From: Candidatus Magasanikiibacteriota bacterium
GTDB lineage: Bacteria > Patescibacteriota > Patescibacteriia > Magasanikbacterales > UBA922
Assembly (NCBI GenBank): GCA_016193335.1
Contig: JACPSK010000005.1
Coordinates: 13,308-77,307 of the forward strand
Direction of reading: 5' to 3'
Length of the DNA: 64,000 nt
The notes beneath the pieces were generated by a model. That model had not been told where the DNA came from. It did not search any database and saw only the letters and a program-made list of their open reading frames with translations. The translations under genes and the position numbers were made by a program. Positions 8,526 through 17,906 of the stretch are shown here, in pieces (position 1 is the first letter of the stretch; every line of letters starts with the position of its first letter).

Positions 8526-10097
8526 ATGAGTATGAACAATAACAAATTCTTTTTATACGCCCGCAAGTCCACCGATGTTGAGGACAAGCAGGTTTTATCT
8601 ATTGAAGCGCAGATCACAGAATTGCGCGCCTTTGCCAAGCAAGAGGGTTTGCATATCGCCGAAGAATTTATTGAAAAACAATCCGCCAAAATTATCGGTC
8701 GTCCGATATTCAACAAAATGATTGAGCGTATTGAACGAGGCGAAGCAAACGCTATTCTTGCTTGGCATCCGGACAGATTGGCGCGCAATTCTGTGGACGG
8801 TGGAAAAATTATCTACCTGCTTGACGGTGGCGGACTTGCGGATCTCAAATTTCCACAATTTTGGTGTGAAAATACCTCGCAAGGAAAGTTCATGCTCAAT
8901 GTCGCCTTTGGGCAAAGCAAATATTATGTGGATTCGCTTGCCGAGAATACTAAACGAGGATTGCGCCAAAAAGTGAGGCGCGGAGAATATCCCTGTCTTG
9001 CGCCAATCGGATATATCAACGATGTGCGGACGAAAACGGTAATCGTGGACAAAAAGCGCGCCTCATTTATTCGCAAGGCGTTTGAGATGTATGCGAAAAA
9101 CAGTTCACGATTAGAAGACATCTCAAATTTTTTGGCGCAATCCGGCATCCATTCTCGAAACGGCAAGCGACTCCACCGAGACAGAATTACTTTTATCCTT
9201 TCCAATCCGTTCTACTATGGACATTTTCGCTATGGCGGCGAAGTTCACGAGGGCAAGCACCAGCCAGTCGTCTCAAAGAAAATTTTTGACAAGGCGCAGG
9301 AAGTGTTGAAGCAAAGAGGCAGGCCTCACCACAAGCAGAAAAATGAACCGCAACCATTTTGCGGACTGCTTTCCTGCGCCTCATGCGGAATGATGATAAC
9401 TGGCGAATACAAGGTGAAGAAGCAAAAGAACGGCAATATTCACGAGTATGTCTATTACCACTGCACCAAGAAATCAAAACTCAAATGTCCCGAACCTTGT
9501 ATTCGCCAAGAGGAACTGGATCGCCAGTTATCATCTCTATTACAAAAATTTTCTTTGAGACAGGATTGGGCGGAAGAAATGCGCGAGATGTTAGAAAAAG
9601 AAAAATCAGAATCCGCCCAATCCTCAACCGCTTTTGTTCAGGAAGCCGGAGACAAAATCCGTGCCATTCAAACGAAACTCCAGCGACTTCTTGAGGGATA
9701 TTTAGAGCAGGATATTGAGCGCGAAATATACCGAACCGAAAAAGCAAAACTACTTTCCGAAAAGAAGTCGCTGGAAGAACAAATGGCCCGGATTGAACAA
9801 AAGCGGACTGGCTGGCTCGAACCTATGGCGGAATGGATAAAAGAGGCAGAAAATCTGCCTAAAATCGCACAGGAAAGTAACCTTTTTGCGAAAAAGGTTA
9901 CTGCCAAAGAAATCTTTGACTCGAACCTCGTCTTGGCCAACCGCGAGGCGCGCCTGCGCGCGCCGAGCGGAGAGGATTTGTCGGGGGGAAATGCTTGGGC
10001 GGCGCTTTGCGCCGCCAACGAAAAAGTCGGTCAATTTTCTGAAAGTCAGATTCTGGTGGGCAACACAGGAATCGAACCTGTGACCTCTGCAATGTGA
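8526..10097 (+). CDS. large serine recombinase (resolvase/invertase N-domain, recombinase domain and zinc ribbon)
   Basis: YARKSTDVEDKQVLSIEAQ catalytic-Ser region; CGLLSCASCG...HEYVYYHC zinc ribbon; coiled-coil C-terminus; the last ~57 codons run through IR-D into the tRNA-Val gene. Confidence 0.8.
   Translation: MSMNNNKFFLYARKSTDVEDKQVLSIEAQITELRAFAKQEGLHIAEEFIEKQSAKIIGRPIFNKMIERIERGEANAILAWHPDRLARNSVDGGKIIYLLDGGGLADLKFPQFWCENTSQGKFMLNVAFGQSKYYVDSLAENTKRGLRQKVRRGEYPCLAPIGYINDVRTKTVIVDKKRASFIRKAFEMYAKNSSRLEDISNFLAQSGIHSRNGKRLHRDRITFILSNPFYYGHFRYGGEVHEGKHQPVVSKKIFDKAQEVLKQRGRPHHKQKNEPQPFCGLLSCASCGMMITGEYKVKKQKNGNIHEYVYYHCTKKSKLKCPEPCIRQEELDRQLSSLLQKFSLRQDWAEEMREMLEKEKSESAQSSTAFVQEAGDKIRAIQTKLQRLLEGYLEQDIEREIYRTEKAKLLSEKKSLEEQMARIEQKRTGWLEPMAEWIKEAENLPKIAQESNLFAKKVTAKEIFDSNLVLANREARLRAPSGEDLSGGNAWAALCAANEKVGQFSESQILVGNTGIEPVTSAM
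9922..10053. repeat. ~130-bp inverted repeat (IR-D) between the recombinase 3' end and tRNA-Val
   Basis: reverse complement matches 8333-8466 and includes the ggcggcgc-aaa-gcgccgcc hairpin. Confidence 0.7.
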
Positions 10098-10130
10098 ATG
10101 CAGCGCTCTAACCAGCTGAGCTAGTTGCCC
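10054..10130 (-). tRNA. tRNA-Val (anticodon CAC)
   Basis: manual fold: acceptor GGGCAAC/GTTGCCC, D-arm GCTC-AGCTGGTTA-GAGC, anticodon loop TTCACAT, T-arm ACAGG-TTCGATT-CCTGT; the CCA end is encoded. Confidence 0.8.
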
Positions 10131-10204
10131 ATTTACCAATCAGAAGTTTCTGAATTTTTCTGTTTACATCCCTCGCTTTTTGATAGGCGATAAGTTTTTC
10201 AAAA

Positions 10205-10276
10205 TCAAACATAGTTTCAAAATACTAGGCTCTAGAATCTAGTTACTAGACTCTAGACTCTAGTAACTAGATTCTA
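10205..10276. repeat. CTAG-rich perfect palindrome (~46 bp) 3' of tRNA-Pro(CGG)
   Basis: ctagaatctagttactagactctag|actctagtaactagattctag; a shorter relative occurs at 2962-2998, 3' of tRNA-Pro(GGG). Confidence 0.5.
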
Positions 10277-10294
10277 GTCCCGCCTTCGGCGGGC

Positions 10295-10371
10295 TGGTCG
10301 GGCTAGGCAGACTCGAACTGCCGACCTCGTCGTCCCGAACGACGCGCGCTAGCCAACTGCGCTATAGCCCG
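10295..10371 (-). tRNA. tRNA-Pro (anticodon CGG)
   Basis: body identical to tRNA-Pro(GGG) except for the anticodon arm CGTCG-TTCGGGA-CGACG; followed by the same gcccgcc-hairpin terminator. Confidence 0.8.
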
Positions 10372-10761
10372 ATTTGCGAGATGATACTACAGAATTTTAC
10401 ACTCTTTTGCAAGAGAAAACAAAAAACCCCTTTTAAAGGGTCTTTTATGATCCCACCATTGGGTAACAATATCGTACATCCCTATGTACTAGGTGGGTCA
10501 CCGCAATCTCGGCCCGCGAGCCGAAACAATATTGGCGTCCCTATGTTACGATATGTAGAATGAGATATGTCACCCTACAGCAAGGATCATGAGGAAGTAT
10601 AGAAACACTTGCAGATATTGTCAACGAAAAGTTAAGAACATTTTATCCACTTTTTTTCCAGATCCTCTGATTACTTAGCAATGAAAGAGAAATAATCAAA
10701 GGGAGTGAGAGATGCGAGAGGGGGAATTTTGGCTTCTCTCTATGGGGGGGGTTCAGGAGGC

Positions 10762-10977
10762 TCAGTCGTCCAGACCGTAGCGGTCGAGCATGGCCTGCTC
10801 GATCTGCCGCCGCATGGCGGGGGGCATGCGGCCCAGGCCATCGCCGATGCGCAGGTCGCGAACGACCAGAAGAGCATCCGCATGGCGGCGGCGCACCACA
10901 CGCGCGGCGGGCATGCCCGTGCCCTCCGGAAGCGTGGTGTCGGTGCTGAGGCCATCGCTCTTGCTGTCTGCAGTCAT
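10762..10977 (-). CDS. hypothetical small protein (71 aa) in a GC-rich islet
   Basis: AGGA 6 nt upstream of the ATG; the high GC makes this ORF call uncertain. Confidence 0.2.
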   Translation of the reverse strand: MTADSKSDGLSTDTTLPEGTGMPAARVVRRRHADALLVVRDLRIGDGLGRMPPAMRRQIEQAMLDRYGLDD

Positions 10978-11175
10978 GTTTGTCCTTGTTGCTACCCTGT
11001 AATCAGAGGAAGCGCTGCCCCCAGGGTTGAGGCGAGCCACACATACAGCTCTTGGTGTCCATGTGGCTCGCCTCAAATATTCCATGATTTCGCATCTCTT
11101 AAAATTGAGAAAGAACGGGTGTAATCCCCTCTCCGCGATCCTCCAAAGCGCGCGGGCAAAGGACTATAATAAAAA

Positions 11176-11210
11176 TCACCCCGTTTGTCCGGGGTGATAT
11201 ACGTTTTTTT
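11176..11210 (+). terminator. rho-independent terminator
   Basis: atcaccccgtttgtccggggtgat followed by tttttttg. Confidence 0.4.
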
Positions 11211-11531
11211 GGCTCTTAGCAGTTCCCGCCGCAGGTTCCCCCGCAGCATTCATCTTCTTCTCCGCCAACGCATAGCACCCCTTTTTTGAGTACACATAGA
11301 TTTGCCCACGCAAAAATAGCGACTAGGTCGTTCTTAATTACTGAGCTGCGGTACATGCGATTTAAACTCTTCATATATGTTTACATTGAAATAACTATAA
11401 AACAATTCTTAAAAGGGGTCAACCACACCTTATCCACAGTCAATACCGCATAAATCAATTACTCGCAGAGATCAAAAAACCCGGCCGAGCCGGGTTTCAT
11501 AGTACTTGTTTAGCTTAGTTTAAGCTCACAG

Positions 11532-12011
11532 TCAAGCTCGCTCATCTTCCATGTATACATGCAGATATTCGGTTTTGTTGTAATCAAAGATCTCATTTTC
11601 CCCAAAAAAACGCTTTACTTCCGCTTTGGCGGTTTCCACAGAATCCGAGCAATGTACCACATTGCACATGCCCATGGCCAAGTCTCCCCGAATAGTTCCA
11701 CCGTCGGCCTGCCCCGCGTGAGTAACCCCGGAAATAAGACGGACAGCTCCCACGGCTCCTTTGCCTTCGAGACAAACTGCCACTACCGGGCTTGATTTCA
11801 TAAATGATTCCAAGCCCGGGTAAAACGGTTTTTCCACATGATGGGCGTAATGTTCGCGGAGTTTTTGTTCATCCAAATACATCATTTTTAAACCTGCCAC
11901 CTTCAAACCCTTGAGTTCAAAACGTTTTAGGACTTCACCAAGCAAACCACGCTGGACCCCGTCCGGTTTGATGATCACAACAGTCTTTTCATTGATTCCC
12001 TCAAATTTCAT
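11532..12011 (-). CDS. ndk: nucleoside diphosphate kinase
   Basis: IIKPDGVQRG and NVVHCSDS (active-site His) NDK signatures; start placed at the internal Met MKFEGINEKT. Confidence 0.8.
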   Translation of the reverse strand: MKFEGINEKTVVIIKPDGVQRGLLGEVLKRFELKGLKVAGLKMMYLDEQKLREHYAHHVEKPFYPGLESFMKSSPVVAVCLEGKGAVGAVRLISGVTHAGQADGGTIRGDLAMGMCNVVHCSDSVETAKAEVKRFFGENEIFDYNKTEYLHVYMEDERA

Positions 12012-12790
12012 ATAAGATACGTATATAGTATTGGCACAGAGTATAGCTAAAAACAGAAAATATGTCAACTTGATCTAATTTTGTCTATTTTTTCTAAAAA
12101 TTGTCCTAAACTTGAATCTTTTGAATCCGTATGTTTAAATGGCCAAGGACTCAAACTTGGAGGAATACTTTGAGTACTGCATACCCGACCGACAACCGTG
12201 AACGCCTGCTCCACCGCAGGCGAGCCAAGAGGGCCAACCGGGCATCCCGCCCCCATGGGCCGGACAAGTTCTGGCTGAGCCTGACTGGAACGACAAGAAG
12301 TCCCACGACTTCGCTTCCAGCGCCTCCCGCGGTGCCCCAATCCAGGGGACCCTGGGCTTGTTCTTGCGGCTACCAGAACCCTACTTGGGCAGACAAATGT
12401 GAGAGGTCCTGGTGCAATGGACGCGCCCCTTGGAACCATGGCTACGGAGCCTACTAGATGGGAGAAAGGACGCGACAGACTGCGGACAAGCGCTGTCCGC
12501 GTTGCGGACACTTGAACTCTCCGAAGGCCGAAGTCTGCCGAGGCAGGGACACGGAGAGCCGGCGACCCTGCAAGTACCGATTTGTAAAGACTGAGGTTCG
12601 TCCGCCAAATTCCGCGGACTAGAGCCGAAGGACGCTGTTCCGCTGTCCAAACTTCCAAAGGGCAGACAAGCTATCTGAGTTTCGGAAGACAGCGGAACAA
12701 TCTCAGCGAATAAACCCCAATACTTTAGCATTGAGCCGAACTCGCGGGAACAAAAATAAAAAAAATCATGAACAAGGCATGATTTTTTTA

Positions 12791-14980
12791 TTAGAGTTCA
12801 TCTATACTCTTCAAAAAAGTCCTCTTCGGATTGCGGGAAACAAAAGGCTCGTCTTCCGGCAGATATTCTATATCATCCACCGGATCGCTGGGATCGGAAA
12901 ACACAGAACCGGTATAAGCCAGAGCTCCCGGAACAAAAATGTGTTCATCAAATAAATCTTTACGCAGCTCTTCCAAAAACATGCTCGGCCCTCCGAGCAC
13001 AGAAGAAAAGCCGCTCATCAAAGGATAGCTCACATATAACTGTTTTTTTGCCCTCGTCACCGCCACATACAAAAGTCGTCGCTCCTCCTCAAGACCTTGA
13101 GCTGATTCAAGGGCTCGTCCATTGGGGAATTGTCCGGAAGAAAGATTCAAGATAAACACCACTTCCCATTCCAAACCTTTGGCTTGATGAATGGTAGACA
13201 AAACAACCTGTTCGTCTTCATAATGGCTCCCCCGCGCCCCTGCTTCTGCGTAGCTTTCTTGCATACTCGCTTCTGCCAAAAATCGAGACAAATCATTTTG
13301 GCGCGAAGCAAACAAAACCAACTGTTCTATATCCTGAATTCTATCTCGGTAATTATCATACTCAGCTTCCAGATAATCCGCGTATTTGGAATGCAGAACC
13401 GCCTGCATCAACCCTGCCGGACTTCCATCGCTTTTGGTGATCTCATCCCAAATTTGCAAAAAATCATTCCATCCGATCTGAGCCCTGGACGGCAAGAGAG
13501 CACCGATATGAGATAGATTCGCCCTCTTGATTCGGGGAACATTCTTTTGGATTTCTTTCTGTTTCTTGAATGGCGATGCAAGATCTTTTTCATCTAATTC
13601 CGTACCAGACAAACTTTCTTCCGCTTTGCCAAGAGCCTCATCATCCAAAATGATCGGTCTCTCTTGATTCTGAACATTTTTTAGTCCTTGTATAATAGCG
13701 CCGGCGCTTGCGGGCCCTATTCCGGTTTGCATGTTGAGAACTCTGCTCCAAGCTATACTGTCGTCAAGATTCGCGAAAATTCTCAAATATGCGAGAACAT
13801 CTTTTATGTGAGAACGTTCAAAAAAACGCAGGCCTCCTCGATAATCATAAAGAATATCCCGCTTGGTGAGTTCCACTTCCAAAGCCTGTGAATGAAAAGC
13901 CGCCCGAAACAAAACAGCCATTCCATTCAATGGTACCCCTTCTTCTCTAAGCTCCAAGATTCGTTCGGCAATATATTCGGCCTCTTCGCTCTGATCCGCG
14001 AAAGCATGAAGCTCGGGTTTCGTAAAACGTTCGACATGAGCCTGCAAGGTCTTTTGATATTGGCGTTCATTATGGACAATGACTTCATTCGCCAGATCCA
14101 GTATGTCGGGAGTTGAACGATAATTTTTTTCCAAACGGAATATTTTGACCTGTTTATACTGATGTTCAAAGTCCAAAATATTCTGTATATCGGCCGCCCG
14201 AAAAGAATAAATGCTTTGCGCGTCATCCCCCACCACCAAAACATTGCCATGAACTGAGGCAAAAAGTCTGATTATTGAAGCCTGAATTTTGTTGGTGTCC
14301 TGATATTCATCAACTAAAATATACTTGAATTGAGCGGCGTACCTGTTCCTCAGACTCTCCGACCGGATCAAGAGCAGATACAAATTGACCAGTAGATCAT
14401 CAAAATCCATAACATTCGCTTCACGTTTCCGTTTGGCGTAATCTTCTGTCACGCGAGTGATCTGGTCGCTAAAATCCAACCACTTGGGATGCTGATCGCT
14501 GAGCACAGATTCAATGGTTTGTTCGGCGTTTCGCGCATAACTGATAATGGAATGAACAACGCGAGGAGAAGGAAAACGACGCTGTGTCCTATCTATCCCC
14601 TCTTGTTTCAAAGAGAGCTTTATCAAATCCAAGCTATCCTCAGAATCCAAAATCGAAAAGTTATGGTCAAGGCCGATAAGCGGGGCAGAGACGCGAAGTA
14701 TTCTATAAGCCACATGATGAAAAGTCCCGGCCCAAGGAAGTCCTTGCTCAGCGCCAAGAAGCAATTTCACGCGTTCGGTCATTTCTTTGGCCGCTTTATT
14801 GGTAAAGGTAAGGAGGAGAATGTTCTTTGGATCAATTCCTTGTTCAATAAGATAAGCGACTCTATAGGTGATAGTTCGCGTTTTGCCGCTCCCGGCTCCG
14901 GCCAATACCAAACAAGGGCCGTCACCCTCTCGTACCACATTCAATTGTTCAGCATTTAATTCATCTTCAAAGTGAATCAT
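12791..14980 (-). CDS. UvrD/PcrA-family ATP-dependent DNA helicase
   Basis: Walker A AGAGSGKTRT; UvrD-type motifs throughout 729 aa. Confidence 0.8.
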   Translation of the reverse strand: MIHFEDELNAEQLNVVREGDGPCLVLAGAGSGKTRTITYRVAYLIEQGIDPKNILLLTFTNKAAKEMTERVKLLLGAEQGLPWAGTFHHVAYRILRVSAPLIGLDHNFSILDSEDSLDLIKLSLKQEGIDRTQRRFPSPRVVHSIISYARNAEQTIESVLSDQHPKWLDFSDQITRVTEDYAKRKREANVMDFDDLLVNLYLLLIRSESLRNRYAAQFKYILVDEYQDTNKIQASIIRLFASVHGNVLVVGDDAQSIYSFRAADIQNILDFEHQYKQVKIFRLEKNYRSTPDILDLANEVIVHNERQYQKTLQAHVERFTKPELHAFADQSEEAEYIAERILELREEGVPLNGMAVLFRAAFHSQALEVELTKRDILYDYRGGLRFFERSHIKDVLAYLRIFANLDDSIAWSRVLNMQTGIGPASAGAIIQGLKNVQNQERPIILDDEALGKAEESLSGTELDEKDLASPFKKQKEIQKNVPRIKRANLSHIGALLPSRAQIGWNDFLQIWDEITKSDGSPAGLMQAVLHSKYADYLEAEYDNYRDRIQDIEQLVLFASRQNDLSRFLAEASMQESYAEAGARGSHYEDEQVVLSTIHQAKGLEWEVVFILNLSSGQFPNGRALESAQGLEEERRLLYVAVTRAKKQLYVSYPLMSGFSSVLGGPSMFLEELRKDLFDEHIFVPGALAYTGSVFSDPSDPVDDIEYLPEDEPFVSRNPKRTFLKSIDEL

Positions 14981-15017
14981 AAAAAATTTTAAACAAAAAC
15001 AAATCTGTCAGACAAAG

Positions 15018-15121
15018 CTTTCAGCAAAACTTTTGAGGAGACCGCGGAGCGCGACCTGGCGCGAGCCTGAGCGAAAATTCAGCAGAATTTTACGCGTGCT
15101 CCTCAAAAGTTTTGCTGAAAG
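15018..15121. repeat. perfect 24-bp inverted repeat flanking a 58-nt GC-rich loop
   Basis: gctttcagcaaaacttttgaggag ... ctcctcaaaagttttgctgaaagc. Confidence 0.5.
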
Positions 15122-15166
15122 CCCATCTCAGACTCATACATTATGATGTATATACTCTCAAAAAAC

Positions 15167-16072
15167 TTACTCCAATACCAAAACAGCCTTCCTCCCCTCC
15201 GCGACATTTCCTCCATTCCAATCATGCAAAGCTTCCATGAGATCATCCGCCGGAAAACTAAAATTTCTGCCGCGATTCACTCCCGGATCATTGGTAATGA
15301 ATTTTCCGTCACTCGTGTAACCTCTAATGATAAGCGCATGATAATCCGGCCCGTCCCCACTGTACCATTTGTTTGGGAGTTCGGTTCCGTCCGCAACCGC
15401 AAGTATGGGTAAGCCCTTGTCTAAAAATGTTTTTATATCCGAGACACTTGGATTCTCAACAAGTCTGGGTTTCTTATTAATAGTCATGTATGTTTCGAAT
15501 AGAACTCCTATATCCTTAATGGGAATACTGGACCCCCAATTTTGTTCTTCTTCCCAATCTATAATTTTTAAAATCTCATCCTTGGCGAATAAAGGACTCA
15601 AGCCATAGCCTTTATAATACGCTTCAAGCATAAGAATGGCAGCTTCTTCACAAGCATCCTGCCAAGGCTGTTCCCAATTCTTCTCTGGAGCCTGTGATGT
15701 AAAAGGGACATCAAGATTCACGAGCACATGCTTAATGACTCCTTGCAATTCATTATTCACGGAAAATTCTTGTTTGTACCCAAGGGCCTCGGCTTTATCA
15801 GGTTCAACAATTTCATCGGCTTTATCAACTCCAGTGTTAAGGACAACTTCGCGACTAGAATCATCGGCAATTTCGTTTTCTAATTTGTCCAAAGTACTTG
15901 AGGTCTTTATGGCTTCCCCTGGTCTTGGTTGAGAGAGCAAAACGCCGGACAAAAATTTTTCTTCAAAAACATAGCCCGTGCGGACGAAAGAAGGGCGCCA
16001 GAGCCAGACAATGCCCAAAAAAAACATAAAGCCCACAAACAAACAAGACAGATTAAATCTCCAAACGATCAT
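15167..16072 (-). CDS. membrane-anchored peptidase C39-like domain protein
   Basis: N-terminal TM; VNLDVPFTSQAPEKNWEQPWQDACEEAAILMLEAYY resembles the C39-like (BtrH-like) Cys region. Confidence 0.4.
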   Translation of the reverse strand: MIVWRFNLSCLFVGFMFFLGIVWLWRPSFVRTGYVFEEKFLSGVLLSQPRPGEAIKTSSTLDKLENEIADDSSREVVLNTGVDKADEIVEPDKAEALGYKQEFSVNNELQGVIKHVLVNLDVPFTSQAPEKNWEQPWQDACEEAAILMLEAYYKGYGLSPLFAKDEILKIIDWEEEQNWGSSIPIKDIGVLFETYMTINKKPRLVENPSVSDIKTFLDKGLPILAVADGTELPNKWYSGDGPDYHALIIRGYTSDGKFITNDPGVNRGRNFSFPADDLMEALHDWNGGNVAEGRKAVLVLE

Positions 16073-16159
16073 ATAAGAATAGTGTAACGATTATTGATAT
16101 ATAAAGCAAAATAAGCTAGAGTAAGATGACTTCTTAAACTAAGGGACAAAGGCTTTACT

Positions 16160-16345
16160 TTAAATTTTTAATTTGTAATTTATAATTTTTAAACAATTTA
16201 CAATTTATAATTTATTCTCTTAATTTCTAATGGTTGAGTCTGCGAAAGTATCTTTCGGATGACAGTATTTTGTTTACATCATTAGAAATTGTATCATTAC
16301 AAATTGTTTAAAAATTAAAAACTAAAAATTGTAAATTTAAACCTA
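16160..16345. repeat. AT-rich inverted-repeat element with a conserved ~60-nt core (copy 1)
   Basis: arms taatttgtaatttataatttttaaacaatt, inverted at 16285-16340; core gagtctgcgaaagtatctttcggatgacag; homologous to 36850-37030. Confidence 0.5.
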
Positions 16346-17562
16346 TGTTTTTCGAAATACAACATAAAGAAACTGAAACAAAGGCCAGAACAGGTACCAT
16401 ACACACAGCGCATGGGAGCGTAGAAACTCCCATGTTCATGCCAGTAGGCACTCAAGCCACGGTAAAGTCTCTTGATTCAGATGATCTGAACACTATTGGT
16501 GCTCAGATTATTTTGGCAAACACCTACCACCTTCATTTGCGCCCCGGAGAAGAACTTATAGCAAAATACGGCGGACTGCACAAATTCATGAACTGGGAGA
16601 AACCCCTGCTCACAGACAGCGGCGGCTTCCAAGTTTTTAGCCTCGCCATTCCAAAAAAAAAATCAGACGCGCATAAAATCCCCGAAGAAAAAAAAGAAGC
16701 CGCAAAAAACCAAAATACTCTCCACGGACAAGGAAAACTGGTGTGTATTGACGAAAACGGCGTTGATTTCAGATCCCACATAGACGGGAGCCTTCACCGA
16801 TTCACTCCGGAAAAAGCCATAGAAATCCAACACAAACTCGGCGCGGACATCATTATGGCCTTTGATGAATGCACGACCGATGAGGCGGATGAAGGTTACG
16901 CAGAACAAGCAATGCAAAGAACTCATCGCTGGGCAGAGCGCTGTATCGCGGCCCATAAAAAAAACCAAGTCTACCACGGTTATCCTCAATATCTGTTTGG
17001 CATCATACAAGGCGGGAAACACAAAACCTGGCGTGAAGAAAGCGCGCGCGCGATCTCGGGAATGGATTTTGACGGCATAGCCATTGGCGGAGAAAGCATA
17101 GGCTTCAACATGGAGGCTACAAAACAAATACTTGAATGGACACACCCTCTTATCCCTGAAGAAAAGCCACACTACGCCATGGGAGTGGGTTTTTCCCCCA
17201 AAGATATATTTGAAGTGGTGGAGAGAGGCATAGATATGTTCGATTGCGTGTCTCCCACGAGAACCGCCCGAAACGGAACTCTTTTTGTGCGTCCTTCAAT
17301 AGACCAAAATTACAGAATAAATATCACCAACAGCATATACAAAGATGACCAAAACCTCATAGACCCCTGGCTGGAAAATTCGCCGGTCGCCAAATACAGC
17401 AGAGCCTACCTGCACCATCTATTTAAATGCGAAGAATTATTGGCCTATCGAATCGCTTCGCTTCATAATCTTTATTTTTTGTTGAAATTAATGGAGGATA
17501 TCCGAACAGCCATTTCCAAAAATGAATTTCTAAAATTAAAAAAAGAATGGGTAAGGAGCTGA
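16345..17562 (+). CDS. tgt: queuine tRNA-ribosyltransferase
   Basis: TDSGGFQVFSL, ILANTYHL and Zn-site motifs; ~30-aa Lys-rich insertion. Confidence 0.85.
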   Translation: MFFEIQHKETETKARTGTIHTAHGSVETPMFMPVGTQATVKSLDSDDLNTIGAQIILANTYHLHLRPGEELIAKYGGLHKFMNWEKPLLTDSGGFQVFSLAIPKKKSDAHKIPEEKKEAAKNQNTLHGQGKLVCIDENGVDFRSHIDGSLHRFTPEKAIEIQHKLGADIIMAFDECTTDEADEGYAEQAMQRTHRWAERCIAAHKKNQVYHGYPQYLFGIIQGGKHKTWREESARAISGMDFDGIAIGGESIGFNMEATKQILEWTHPLIPEEKPHYAMGVGFSPKDIFEVVERGIDMFDCVSPTRTARNGTLFVRPSIDQNYRINITNSIYKDDQNLIDPWLENSPVAKYSRAYLHHLFKCEELLAYRIASLHNLYFLLKLMEDIRTAISKNEFLKLKKEWVRS

Positions 17563-17654
17563 GAATTTTTAATTTATAATTTCTAATTTTTAAACAAGCT
17601 AAACCTTAATACCCACACGAAAATCCGCCGGAGCTTGACTGAGGGAGAAAACCT

Positions 17655-17906
17655 ATGTTATGCTCTACGCCGTTCAACTACACAGGAGCGCACATGCGCA
17701 GAACCATGATGAATGGATCAGGCGGCCAGCACAACCAGCACGGCAAGAACGAGGGCAAGGGGCCCACGATCCGGAAGATCCCCCTGCCCCGCCGGGGCAG
17801 ACGGGACCGAAGCCAGGAGCAGACGCCCGTGGAGTCCAAGCGACCGCCCGCGGTCCCGCTCGGACCCTCGGGCTGGACCGAGGATGACCTGGCCTTCATC
17901 CCCTAG
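17655..17906 (+). CDS. hypothetical small basic protein (83 aa) in a GC-rich islet
   Basis: GAGGGAG RBS 7 nt upstream of the ATG; low-complexity Arg/Pro-rich sequence; could be spurious. Confidence 0.2.
   Translation: MLCSTPFNYTGAHMRRTMMNGSGGQHNQHGKNEGKGPTIRKIPLPRRGRRDRSQEQTPVESKRPPAVPLGPSGWTEDDLAFIP

Noticed and set aside
12065-12658. 197-aa minus-strand ORF and the overlapping plus-strand ORFs in GC islet 2
   Set aside because: They are Arg/Ser/Pro/Gly-rich, overlap on both strands, and have no RBS or motifs. This is typical of chance ORFs in GC-rich, possibly RNA-coding, sequence.
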